DNA from: the human T2T-CHM13v2.0 reference genome, Homo sapiens | DNA length: 64,000 nucleotides | Assembly (NCBI RefSeq): GCF_009914755.1 | Contig: NC_060937.1 | Strand: one strand, 5' to 3' | In this document: piece by piece, positions 27,370 to 40,501 of the stretch | Layout of the letters: each line of letters begins with the position of its first letter | Position numbering within the stretch: position 1 is the stretch's first letter | Position numbers and translations under genes: made by a program | Notes under the pieces: model-generated | What the model was told of the DNA's origin: nothing | The model's input: only the letters and a program-made list of their open reading frames with translations | Database searches by the model: none

Positions 27370-28180
27370 ATAAGACTATCAGAAGATTTTTCAGGAGAAA
27401 CATTGCAGGCCAAAGATAGTGGGATGATATACTTAAAGTAACTAAAAAACAAAACAAAACAAAACAAAAAAATCCTGCGAAATAAGAACACAATACCCAG
27501 CAAAACTCTTTTTCAAAAATGAAGGGATATAATGACTTTCTCAGACAAACAAAAGATGAGGCAATTCATTACCATAAAATCTGTCTTACAAAAAAATGAA
27601 AAAAAGTTAAAAGTTTAAATGAAAGAATGGTAAAGCTACGTGAAAATAGAGAACTTGTTTATAAAAGTAAATATATAGACAGAAACGAAATTGTGTAATA
27701 CTGAAACAGTAGTGGGTAAATCACTCATTTTAAATTTATTGTTTAAATTTTTAATGGCAAAGCATAATTGTATTTCCATGGTGCTTATATGAAGCATCTT
27801 AAAGTTATAACAGTCCATTTTAATGTGATAATAACTCAGCTTCACCTGCATACAAAAACCACACTTTGCTTCTCCCTCTACATTTTATGCTATCGGTGTT
27901 AGATTTAACATTTGTTTACAATGTGTATGCATTAACATAATTTAGTTATAGTTGTTTTTAATACCTTTGTCTTTTAACTTTATGATGGAACTAAATGCAA
28001 TTTATTTCACATCATATACATATATCAAAATATAACATTGTAAGCCATAATTATATACAAGTGTTTATCAACTTGATTGTGGTGATTTTTTCACATTGTG
28101 TACATATGATAAAATACCAAGTGTTACACCTTAAATACATACAATTTCTATTTGTAAATACATTCAATTTCTATACCACA
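27370..28180 (+). mobile_element. L1M fragments: ORF1 3' end (+), short inverted piece (~27770-27990, -), 3' UTR piece (+)
   Basis: agatttttcaggagaaacattgcaggcca...tgggatgatatacttaaagt...tacccagcaaaactc..ttcaaaaatgaaggga; caccttaaatacatacaattt. Confidence 0.7.
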
Positions 28181-28199
28181 ATAGGGCTAAAATTTTAAA

Positions 28200-28720
28200 A
28201 GTAATTGATTTTTGATTATTCTTTTATATCATAAAGAAAATGTCTTCTTCAGATATATAATTTGAAAATATTTTCTCACACTTTGTGGCTTGGTTTATCA
28301 GACTATTAGCAGTCTCTTTAGAATAGCAGAAAATGTTATTGTGGTGAATTCTGTTTTCTCAAATAACTTTTTTATTAGTCAGGCTTTTGGTGTTATGTAT
28401 GAGAAATCTTAAAATATTTCAAAATTATGTAGTTTCTCCTATAGTATTTTTTAGAAATTTTATTATTTTACAGTGTACACTTTGGTTCATCATCCTTTTT
28501 GATTTGTTTATACGGTATGAAGTATGTTATGAGATTATGCTTTTTTATTTGTACTTTTAAGTGTTTCAAAACTATGCATTGAAAAGACTACTTTCTCCAT
28601 TGAATTGCCTTTAAAATTGTCAAAAATCAGTTTATTATAATTGTCTTTGTCTATTTCTGAGTTGTCTGTTCTGTTAATTGATCAGTCATCCATCTATCTT
28701 TGACAATTGTGATTCTATAA
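28200..28720 (-). mobile_element. old L1M ORF2 fragment
   Basis: aatattttctcacactttgtggcttg...gcttttggtgttatgtatgagaaatc...ttgaaaagactactttctccattgaattgcc. Confidence 0.75.
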
Positions 28721-28725
28721 ATTAA

Positions 28726-29743
28726 TCAGCATGTTTTTTGGCCACATAAATGTCTTCTATTGGGAAGTGTCTCTTCATATCATTTGCCCACTTTTTGATG
28801 GGGTTGTTTGTTTTTTTCTTGAAAATTTGTTTATGTTTCTTGTAGATTCTGGATATTAGACCCTTGTCAGATGGATAGATTGCAAAATTTTTCTCCCATT
28901 CTGTAGGCTGCCTGTTCACTCTGATAATAGTTTCTTTTGCTGTGCAGACACCCTTCAGTTTAGTTAGATCCCATTTGTCTTTTGTTGTGATTGCTTTTGT
29001 GTTTTAGTCATGAAGTCTTTGCCTATGCCTATGTCCTGAATGGTATTGCCTAGCTTTTCCTCTAGGGTTTTTATGGTTTTAGGTTTTACATTTAAGTCTT
29101 TAATCCATCCTGAGTTAATTTTTTGTGTAAGGTGTAAGGAAGTGTTCCAGTTTCTGTTTTCTGCATATGGCTAGCTAGCTCATCATCACTGGTTAATAGA
29201 GAAATGCAAATCAAAACCACAATGAGATACCATCTCACTCCAGTTAGGATGGCAGTTATTAAAAAGTCAGGAAACAACAGATGCTGGCGAGGCTGTGGAG
29301 AAATAGGAACGCTTTTACACAGTTGGTGGGAACGTAAATTACTTCAATCATTGTAGAAGACAGTGTGGCGATTCCTCAAGGATCTAGAACCAGAAATACC
29401 ATTTGACCCAGCAATCTCATTACTGGGTATATAACCAAAGGATTATAAATAATTCTACTATAAAGACACACATGCACATGTATGTTTACTGCAGCACTAT
29501 TTACAATAGCAAAGACTTGGAACCAACCCAAATGCCCACCAATGACAGACTAGTTAAAGAAAATGTGGCACATATATACCATGGAATACTATGCAGCCAT
29601 AAAAAATAATGAGGTCGTGTCCTTAGCAGGGACATGGTTGGAGCTGGAAGCCATCATTCTCAGCAAACTAACACAGGAACAGAGAACCAAACACTGCATG
29701 TTCTCACTCATAAGTGAGAGTTGAATAATGTGAACACATAGAT
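28726..29743 (+). mobile_element. L1PA with 5' inversion (inverted 28726-29175, sense 29178-29743)
   Basis: minus part encodes [26 protein letters not shown]; plus part gctcatcatcactgg..agagaaatgcaaatcaaaaccacaatgagatacc through the ORF2 end. Confidence 0.92.
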
Positions 29744-29744
29744 G

Positions 29745-31700
29745 CATTTAATTTTACAACATTCCATGACCTGAAAAAGAAACCTCCTGCTCAATGACAA
29801 TCAATCTTATTTCTCCTCACTAACCCCAGCCTTAACCATTTCAAATTGACTTCTGTCTTTATAGATTTGCCTTTCCTAGACATTTCATAAAAATTGATTC
29901 ATATAAAACAGTATTTTGTGTATGATTTTTCTCATTTACCCTAATGTTTTGGGGGTTTATAATGCTGTAACATGCTTTAGTACTTTGCTATTTTTTATTG
30001 TTGAATAACATTTCATTGTTTGCATATGCCACTTTTTGTTTATTCATTAGGTAGTTGATTGACATCTGGGTTGTTCCCCCTTTTTGACTCTTACGCTCAA
30101 TGCTGCTATGAGCATTAATGTAGAAGTTTTTGTATTGGCATATAGTTTCATTTGCCTTGGGTATAAATCTAGGAGTGGAATTGCTAGGTGATATGAAAAC
30201 TCTATACTTTCCATTTTTCAAAACTGGCAAACTGATTATCCAGACTACATTATTTTACATTCCTACCAGCATGTGAGGATTCCATTTTTTCCAGATCCTC
30301 ACCAATTATAATTATTGTGTGTTACTTCGATGAGGGATTCTGGTCAGTGTGAAGTGGAATTTCGTTGTGGTTTCGGTTTGCATTTACTTAATGACTAATG
30401 CCATTCAACATTTATCCATGTGCTAACTGGCTCTCTATGTGTCTTCCTTAGAGAGATGCCAATTCGAGTCTTTTGCTCATTTTAAAAATTGGGTTACTGA
30501 TCTTCTTAATTGTCATTTGTAAGGGTTCTTATACATTCTGTATTCAAGCCTCTTATCAGGTATATAATATGCAAATATTTTCTCCCAGTGTCTGTGCTGC
30601 CTTTTCACTATCTTAATCTTGTCTTTTTCAATATTTCTTCTTGAGAAGATTTTGTTATCTTTGTCTCTCAAGGAAGCATTCATCCAAGTTGTAAAATTGT
30701 TGGGAATGGTCTTCATATTGATTCCTTATTATCTCTTTTCTATCTGTAGAATCTCTAGGGCTGTATCCTTTCTTATTCCTAATAATGATAAATTTTGTAT
30801 TCCCTGTTTTTTGTTTTAATCAGTTTACCAATTTTATCAGGCTCCTTAAAGATCCAGGTTTCGGATTTATTGATTTGCTCTGTTGTTTTCATTTTTCAAT
30901 TCATTGATTTCTTCTTATATCTTTATTATTTAATCTATTCTTATTTGTATGTACTTTGTTCTTCTTTTTCTAGTTTCTTAAATTCTAAGCTGGGGTCATG
31001 TATTTGGAAGTTTTCCTTAGGTGTTTCTTGCTGTTGTTAATACAGGTAATTAGAGCTATACATTTCCAACTACATAATATATTAGCAATAGCTCACATAT
31101 TCTGATATGCTATGTTTTAATTAATTTAGCTTAAAATACTTTGCAGTTTCAGTTTTGATTTCTTTTAGACGTGGGTTGTCTACTAGTAGGTTATCTCTCT
31201 TCCAGATATTTGGGGATTTTCTAGAGGTTTTTCTTTTGTTCATTTCTAATTAAATTTTATAGTGGTCAGAAAACATAATTTATATAATTTGATATTTAAA
31301 AATTGAGAAATTATGTATGGCCTAGAATTTGATCTCTCTGCATAAACTTGAAAATAGTATATTTTTCTTTTTGTTGAGGGCTAATATATAAATACCATTA
31401 TATTAGTAATTACTGATGCTGTTCAAGTCTGTCACACCTTAGCTTATTTTCTGTCTACTTGTATCAATTATTGAGAGAGGAATCTTGAAATCTCTAATGC
31501 AATTATGAGTTTCTCCTTGAAATTCTATCAGTTTTCTCATCATGCATTTTGAAGCTTTGTTATTTAGGTGCATACTATGTGAGATTCTTGTGTATTCTTA
31601 ATCAGCATCTTTATTAAGATATGCTTATTGTTATACATGGCCATAACTTTTGCTCTTGAAACTATTTTTTCTGACACTCAGCTGTCTTTTGAGTAATACT
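29745..31700 (-). mobile_element. L1MB/MC-type LINE-1 fragments (3' end and ORF2)
   Basis: atagatttgcctttcctagacatttcataaaaat...ccttgggtataaatctaggagtggaattgctagg...ttgagagaggaatcttgaaatctc. Confidence 0.8.
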
Positions 31701-31719
31701 AACATTGTTTAATTTTAAA

Positions 31720-34675
31720 GTTTATTTTATTTTTAATTGAAAAATAATAATTACATACATTTATGGGGTAAAATGTGATGTTTTATATATAGATTATATA
31801 ATAATCAAGGTAATTAGCACATCAATCTCACCTTATCTATCATTTCTTTATGGCTAGGATACTTAAAATTATCTTTATTAGCTATTTTTAAAGAGACAGT
31901 ATATTTTTATTAGCTGTGGTCATTTCGTTGTGCAATAGAAGACCAGGACACATTCCTCTAATCTATCTGTAATTTTGTATGCATTAACAAACATCTCTTA
32001 TTTTCCTGTCCATCCTATACCCCTCCAGCATCTGTTAACCACAATTCTGCTCTCTCCTTCTTTGAGTTCGACTTTTAGATTACACATACAGTTAAGATCC
32101 TGGGGTATTTGTTTCTCTGTGCCTGGTGTATTTTATTTAACATAACGTCATCTCACTTCACGCATGCTGTCACGAACAACAAAATGTATTTTTTTTTAAG
32201 GCTGAATAGTATATTATTGCGTATAGATAGACATGTTAAAAACCCATTCATCTATTAATGGACGCAGGTTTTTTAATATATGTTTTTTGGCTACTGTGAA
32301 TAATGCTGCAATGATCATGGGACTGCAAACAACTCCTTTTATACTGACTTAAATTCCTTTGGTAATACCCAGTATTGGGATTTCTAAGTCATATGGTAAC
32401 TCTATTGTTAGTTTTCTGAGGAACATCCGTACTGTTTTCCATCATGGCTGTACTAATTTACAATATGACAAGTAGTGTATAAGCGTTTCCTTTTCTCTAT
32501 ATCATCATCAACACTAAAGATTTTTCATCTTTTTAATAATAGACAATCTACCATATGTGAGGCAGTATCTCATAGTGGTTTTAATTTGCATTGCTGTGAT
32601 GTTTAGAGATTTTGACTATTTAAAAAATACTTCTGTTGGCTATTTTTATGTCTTCTTTTGTGAAATGGTTATTCAAGTCCTTTCCCTATTTGTTATTTAT
32701 TTATTTTTATTTTTTATAATTTCAAGTTTTATTTTAGATTCGGGGGTATATGTGCAGGTTTGTTACATGGGTACATTTCGTGATGCGGAGGTTTGGTGTG
32801 CAATTAATCCTGTCACTCAGGTAGTGAGCATAGTACTCAAGAATTAGTTTTTCAACCCTTATCTGCTCCCTTCCTCACCACTTCTAGTAGTCCCCAGTGT
32901 CTATTGTTGCCATCTTTATGTCCACGAGTACCCAGTGTTTGGCTCCCACTTATAAGTGAGAACATGTAGTATTTGGTTTTGTGTTCCTGCATTAATTTGC
33001 TTAGTCTTCCAGCTACATCCATGTTGCTGCAAAAAGACATGATTTTTTTCTTTATTATGGCTGCGTAATAATCCAAGATGTATATGAATCACATTAAAAA
33101 AAATCCAGTCCACCACTGATGGGCACCCAGGTTGATTGCATGTCTTCGCCGTTTTGAATAGCGCTGTGATGAAGATACAATTGCATGTGTCTTTTTCGTA
33201 GAATGATTTTTCTTTTGGCCGTATACCCAGGAAAGAGATTGCTGTATTGAGGTGGCTGTATTTAAATTAAAAGATAGAGTCGTCTCTATTTTAAGTTCCC
33301 AAAGTACTTAAAATCTCCAAACTGCTTTCCACAGTGGCTGAACTAATTTACATTCCAACCAACATTATATAAACATCCCCTTTTCTCCTCAGCCCTGCTA
33401 GCATCCGTCGTTATTGAACTTTTTAATAACACCCGTTCTTACTGGTGTGAGGTGGTACTGCATTTTGGTTCTGATTTGCATTTCTCTAATGATTAATGAT
33501 ATTGAGCATTTTTTCATGTTTGTTAGCTATTTGTATGTCTTCTTTTGAGAAGTTTTAGTTCATGTCTTTCAACCACTTTTTAATGGGTTATTTGTTTTTT
33601 GCTTGTTGGATTGCTTAAGTTCTTATAGATTCTGGATATTAAACTTTTGTTGGATTCATAGTTTGCAATTACTTTCTTCCATTCTGTAGGTTGCCTGTTT
33701 ACTTTGTTGTTAGTTTCGTTTGCTGTGCAGAAGCTCTTTAGTTTAATTTGGTCTCACTTGTCAATTTTTGTTTGTGTTGCAATTGCTTTAGGCCTTGTCA
33801 TAAATTATTTCTCAAGGCTGATGTCCAAAATGGTGTTTTCTAGTAGGATTTTTATAGTTCGATGTTTTACATTTAAATCAATCCATTTTGAGTTAATTTT
33901 TATATATGGTGAAAGTTAGGAGTCCAGTTTTATTCTTCCACTTATATCTAGCTAGCTATCCAAGCACTATTTATTGAATAGAAAGTCCTTTCCGCATTGC
34001 TTATTTTTGTAAAGTTTTTTGAAGGTATGTGGCTATATTTCTGAGTTCTCTAAACTGTTCCATTGGCCTATGCATCTGTTTTTGTAACCTTACCATACTT
34101 TTTGGATACTGTAGCCTTGTGGCATAGTTTGAAGTTAGGTGCAGATTCAATGCTATACCTATCAAACTACCAATGTCATTTTTCACAGACAGAGGTAGAA
34201 AAAGATATTCTAAATTTCATATGGAACCAAAAAGGAACCCAAATTTTTTAAGCAATCCTAAGCAAAACAAACAATGCCTGTTTAAAAAATACAGCTATTT
34301 TGGCTTATTATTATCTAATTTGTGTTTCTTATGTATTAGCCTCTAATCTGATGTATGATTTGCAAATAGTTTCTCCTAGTGTGTGCGTTGTCTCCTCACT
34401 CTATTGTCTCCTTCATTACACAAAAGTGTCTTAGTTTAATACAGTCGTCTGTCTCTTTTTAAACTTTCTTTGCCCGTGTTTTTGTGGTTATATACAAAAA
34501 ATCTCTGACCAAGCCAATGTAATGGGATTTTCCCCTGCATTTTCTTCTATTAGGTTTACAGTTTTAGATTTTACGTTCAAGTCCTTAAACAATTTTGAGT
34601 TAATTTTCCTATGAAGACTGAGATAAGGGTCCATTTTCATTCTTGTGCATGTGAATATCCAGTTTACCCAAAAAC
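31720..34675 (-). mobile_element. L1MA-type LINE-1 3' part (host of the nested L1 at 32693-34280)
   Basis: ttttaattgaaaaataataattacatacatttatggggta...; ORF2 sequence resumes at ~34285. Confidence 0.8.
32693..34280 (-). mobile_element. older L1PA/L1PB element with 5' inversion (inverted piece 34141-34280)
   Basis: T-rich tail, ttagattcgggggtatatgtgcaggtttgttacatggg...cccacttataagtgagaacatg; strand flips at 34141 to gcagattcaatgctatacctatcaaactacc. Confidence 0.88.
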
Positions 34676-34679
34676 ATCA

Positions 34680-35460
34680 TATATCTTTTAATGTCTTTTT
34701 ACTTTGAATCTATTTAACATGTATCTCATGGGAAACATGTAATTACGTCTTCTTTCTTCTTTCTGAAGATCTCTGTGGTTAGTGTGTTTCATTCATTTGC
34801 AGTTGATATGATAACTAATATAATTGGTTTTAATCCATCACCTTTTCTATTCTATTCCCATCAATTTTCTATTTTACACTTGTATCTTTTCTTTTGCTAA
34901 CTTATTAGTGTAATCCTTTGCTTTGTTTGTGTATGCTTTAGGGTTTATTGTGTACATATTTAACATATGATGGTCTCTTTGTAAGTGATGTTGAATCTGC
35001 ACTTCAGATGTAGTACACATCCATCTCTCCCCTCCCAGTTTTAATGCTATTGGCATGCACTTTACTTATACATAAGTGACAAACATTAAAATACATTGTT
35101 ATTATATTTTAAACAATGATCTTTTACAGATATTGAAATAATAATAACAACATTCATATTTGTCACATAGTTTTCAAACCAAATGCTGTTCACTTTTTTG
35201 TGTGTAGTTCTGGTTTTCCACCAGTGTTTCTATGTTTCTGATAATTTTTCCTTGTTGCCTGATGCACAACATTTTTTTAATCTAATTTATTTTGTCCATG
35301 CTTTTATTGGGTTCAGATGGGAGATTAATGTAATCTCTATTTCTAAATCTTGGCCAGAAGCAGAATTTTTCTTATATCAATCCCTATGTGTTAGGTACTA
35401 TTATAGTCTTCATTTTTATCTTAACTCAATATGGTATAATAACAGTTTTGCTTAAAAGAT
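34680..35460 (-). mobile_element. old L1M ORF1/inter-ORF fragment
   Basis: actttgaatctattt...cattcatttgcagttgatatgataactaatataattgg...atgctttagggtttattgtgtacatatttaac. Confidence 0.55.
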
Positions 35461-36339
35461 GCATTACTTTTAAAGTTCAAGAAAATTTTCTATGGATAAT
35501 ACAGATACATATATATGGCTAATATAAAAGTTGGAGGAAATTCAGCCCTTGATTTATACTACTCTGACTTTAAACATAGGTTGATTAAGTTGAATCAGTA
35601 GTGACAAATCAGCCTCAGCTGAAATCAAATAATCGTTAACAATCTCTTTACCTGTCAACAGAAGGAGAAAATGAGGTTGAAAGTAAAGTAACATTTTCAT
35701 TCCTATTCTTGTATGCTCTTCTCTTGGTTGACAGATAATTAGGGACATTCACAGTTATTTGTTTTGTTTTGTTTCCCTTCACTGAGCAAAGGAGGCCATT
35801 ATGTGCCCCCTGTTATAACTCAGAGAAACCAGACTTAAACTGATATTATTTCTATGGGTTCTTGCATTTAACAGTTTAAACTAATTTTTTAATGATCTGC
35901 CTAAAATGCTAGCATTTGTTTATGTAATTTTTGCTTATAGTACTACTTATATACCCCGTAGCCTCTTTTGCTGAAAGTACATTACAAGCATATTTGGTTT
36001 ATGTAATATGTTCAATTAATTGCATCATGTTTGTGAATTTGCCCTATATTTTTGAAGAATGGATCTGTCATTGTCCAGCACTGTAACTTGTGTTTATTGT
36101 TTTTCCTTCAGTTTTAATGAATAAGGTTTTTGTCAATGCGATCCCCTCTGCCAATGACCCTGAAAACATTTTATCCATTATTTTCTGGAATCTCATTCTG
36201 TTATCTGATGTGTTTTGTACATTTTTCAGACTCTATCTCTTTTGAATTTTCATTGTTTTTATTTTCTGTTATTCTTTATTCACATCTATATAACAAGCTC
36301 AAATTTCTCCTATTTTGTAGAAATCCGCCATGACTAATC

Positions 36340-37250
36340 ATTTACCACTGCCACAGTACTTTTTCACTTTTCTTTAAATTGTGGATTCATGAAATTCATC
36401 TCCTCCTGATGACATTATTTACTTATTTCCAATTAACTCCTCAGCCATGTGTAATCTAAATTCTGTCTTTTATTTACTTCAGTGAAACTTCTTAGTGAAA
36501 GTCACCATCTTTCATGCTGCCAACCTCAATAAACTTACTTAACTATTTTCTTATTATACATTTCTGCTCTATTGAGCATATTTTTGTGTTCAGTTTTGTA
36601 TAGTCAGTTGTTGATATTGCATTCTAAACTAGAAATCCTGGCCCACTCTTTCAAAAGACATTAATGCCTAGAATGTCAATTAAATATCATACTCAAATAA
36701 ATTGGATACAAACCGTTAGGTAAGCATAGGCAACTTAAGACAATATGAACAGAGATATAGTACGCAAAGACTCAAGCAATTATAAAACAGTACTTGAAAG
36801 ACACATGATTTTGATCACAGCCTTGAGTCATGCTACCTTACTTCCTTGACTTCTATGACACTACTCTTTCTTCAATTTTTGAAAAAATATATCATTTTAA
36901 GCATCTGTATAAATCTATTCTCCAGTGACAACTCTTACATATTTGTTCTGCTTATCACTCTTTCTTTCTTCTACAAAAATACTACATATTTTCATCATTT
37001 GAAAATGCACATATCTCTACCGTTGATGTTCAGCCTTGATAATCCAAACTCAAATGTAAATTTGTCTGTTGGATAAATGTATTTGCAGGCCTATAGCCAC
37101 AACAAACAATAATTTCAATTATAAAATTATTATAAAAATTATAAAAATTTTCCCCAAATTTGATCTGCTTTCTGCATTTCCCATCTTTTAAAATGACACC
37201 AAAAATTATCAAGTGACTTAAGTTAGAAACCTGGACATCATCTGAGACAG
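36340..37250 (+). mobile_element. L2 ORF2 fragments
   Basis: cttcagtgaaacttct...aagtcacca; ccttgacttctatgacactactct; aagttagaaacctggacatcatc. Confidence 0.55.
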
Positions 37251-37299
37251 ACTAGATTTCCTTAGGTCCCATGTATTCTACAAGTAATTAATCATAATA

Positions 37300-37490
37300 T
37301 GCAGTCAATATCAGTTCCTTCACATTTTTCTGGAGAGGGACTTTGCTAGCAAGAAGGAAGTCAATCTTTTGTAATCTAATCATGATGGCAATATTCCCTT
37401 AACATTGGCATCTCTATTGGTTAGAAGCAAACTACACAATAGGATGAAATTATATAAGAGATCATTATGGGGAGAGGGCCTGCCGCACAT
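37300..37490 (-). mobile_element. MLT1 (E/F-like) LTR fragment
   Basis: gctagcaagaaggaagtcaatcttttgtaatctaatcatg...ctctattggttagaagcaa...gcctgccgcaca. Confidence 0.65.
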
Positions 37491-38554
37491 TCCATATAAC
37501 TTGAGAGTTTCAAACCATATATTGGGTTAAAAGATTAATATTGTCACTGATAAGGCTGGCTTAGAAAGTGCAGCTTGGACTCAGGGCCAATGTAACTTTT
37601 CTATTCCACATCCAGTGAAATAAACCTACCCACTCATTCACAGGTCTCCTTCCTCAGGGGTTGAGTCAGCTTCAGTAGGCTTAACTCAGAAAGAAGAGGA
37701 GGAAAACAAAACAGAAATAACAAAAAGTTCTCCTGATGGTGGGTGGTTGTGAATAGTATAGCCAGAGACTGATCTATCAAAGGACACAATGCTGTCATTT
37801 CTCCTTCCATATGAAGGAGCAATTTAGAGATTTTTTAAAAAGGCAGAATCTTTCCCTCCATACTTGAAAAAACTTTGTGATTAGAAGCAATTCAAAAACT
37901 ACAAAAATAAAATGGTTTTCCTTGACATCTGAAATTCAAGATACCACAAGAACAGACCCCATTATTGCTTTATACAATTAGTAGATGTATAATGAAATTT
38001 CCTCATCTCTTAATGCTTTTAACAACATGGACATGAATAAATAATTCCAGCTCTGGAAAATCATAAGGTCTGTTGCCAAATTTTCTTTGGCAAAACACCA
38101 CATCCTATCACTGCCCAATTTTATATTTGCTAATATTAAACAGAACCACAATCCAGAATAACCCTGCCCATGGTTCTTAGGCCAAATTTTACTGTCAAAA
38201 GTAGTTTTATTATTAAGCCATGGATTCAGTTGCTTATGGGTCTTAAAGATTAATATTTAAGGTGAAAAATTTGGTAACCAGAAGGAATTTCTCAGTGGTC
38301 CTTGTATTGCACCAGGCATTTGCTGACTTCTCATTTGCTTTATAGATATCTATTTTTATGTCTTCAAGTAAATCCATATTGATACAATAATTCTAAATTA
38401 TTCACACATACCTACTTGTGTTTTGTATATATCTCATCAATATATACAAGAACTCTAAATAAAACATGTATAATAATACATACATAATTTAGATATATAT
38501 ACATATATTATTCTTGATATATATATCAGAAATATAAATAAAAGTATGTGTGTG

Positions 38555-38561
38555 TATATAA

Positions 38562-38608
<47 letters not shown>
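38555..38608. repeat. (TA)n microsatellite
   Basis: perfect (TA)19 at 38571-38608 preceded by interrupted units. Confidence 0.97.
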
Positions 38609-38611
<3 letters not shown>

Positions 38612-39654
38612 CAGGATAAATTTTATTACTCCCAGTTCTTTGCCTTCCTGTAAAACTTAAGATCACATCTAACATGAGTTCCAATTATTTTATTTAAAAA
38701 AAGATAGTGATCTGTTTATTTATCTCTCCCATCAGCAAAGTACAAAGGAATTGACTGAATCATTGTAAGTGTGAGATTTAATTTGGTTATAAAACAGAGA
38801 TTCTTTATGTATGGAAAGATACCCACTGGGATGTCATTGTAAGTTTTAAAATTGTTTATCTTTAAATCACCCAGAAATAAATTATCTGTACCCTTTCAGA
38901 TGACACTGAATTTTATTAAATCTCCAGTGTTACTTTAAGTTTAATATATTGATGATTTTATAATATCTATACACTAAACTATAAACTAATTTCCCATTTT
39001 AGGAGTTTCTTTTTCTACTTTTCTCAGCCTACTGCCACATCTTACCATTTATCTCCCATTACTTTTAGATATTTCTTCTTTAATTCAAATGCTTTCATTT
39101 TGCTAAATAAGAAAATACATTGTGGTGAATGGAGTTTTATTGTATGTTTTTCAGTAAGGTGTTAAAATTCCAATTTTAAAATGAACATGTTTAGACAATT
39201 ATGTGCTAGATACACAGGCTGATTCCAGAGAGCTTAAGCAAGTTCAATGGCACTTTTTGAAAGTTAAATTGCTCTGTGCATTCCACATTAGAAATCTGTT
39301 CCCTAATTTTGTGACCTTAAATATTAAGCATTAGAAAAGTCTACTAGTTATCAACTTATTTCATGTATGCATGATTATAGACAGGTACATATGGATTATA
39401 TTTTAGGAAATATGTGTCCTTAATTTTATCTGGAAATGAATGTAAGTATTTCTTATTCAAGTCAAATATAATCCTGAAAATTCAGTTAAGAAACATTTGT
39501 AGAGTATGGGTTTATATGCTGTTTCTATACATGCCAGAATAGATGTTGCCTTCATTTTTAAGAAGTAATCAGTTCCTGAGAATCCAAGATCAAAACTACT
39601 AGAAGAGATCCAACCAAACTTCTGTTCAATCAGTCTAATGATAAAGTGGTTTAG

Positions 39655-40090
39655 TTGCATAAATGCCTACATTTCTATTTTCAAGAGCCATTCTAGGCAC
39701 TAGGTATATAGATTGAGCCTTGAAAGTTTAATAACTCCTAGGAGCTTATATTTTAATAAGGTAGAAAAGCATAATCAGTAAGTTAAGAATAATTTTTATG
39801 TTGTGGTAAGTGGGGTAAGGAAAATAAGTAGGGTGATACAATAGAAAATTATGCTGGCGGGGAAGGTTTACATTAGACAGTGTAATCAAGAAAGACTTCA
39901 GTGAGTAGATAATGTGAATCTGAGGCCTGAAGAAGAAGTATCTAGCCATTTTACAGCAGAGACAAGAGCATTTAAAATGTATGTGACAAAACATGCAAAT
40001 TGTTAATATGATCAAGGAACAGAGAGGTGGCTGGTCTACCTAAAGCAAAGAAGAAAGAATTTGAAGTTTAGACTGAAGTGTGAGAAGGTG
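39655..40090 (-). mobile_element. L2 3' end
   Basis: gccattctaggcactagg...ggagcttatatttta...atcaagaaagacttcagtgagtagataatgtgaatctgaggcctgaag. Confidence 0.7.
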
Positions 40091-40501
40091 AAACCGATAA
40101 AATTGGCATATTAATAATCTCAGGCAATTCCATATTTTTCTGTGTATCTTTTATGCAAGTTCAATTGAATAAAACTTCCAAATCTGCCATTTCAATATAA
40201 CAAAAATTACCACTTTTGCCTATGTTTGACCTTAAGTAATCTATTGTCCATAGTAAAGTTTCCTGTCCTGTAAGTTCTAATATTATTACATTTCTACCAT
40301 CTCCAGGTGCTGATAATGTGTCAGGTTCTACCGTGTTTATTATATTATTTAATATTCATAATAAAGCATATAAGGAATCATTCAAGCTCTAGAGTTGAGA
40401 AAACTAAGTACTATAGAGGTTAAACCAAACAAATTGTCTGTACGATTCAGTGCCACCTACTCTCTTCACTGTACAAGCACCATTAACATTTAATAGTTCT
40501 G

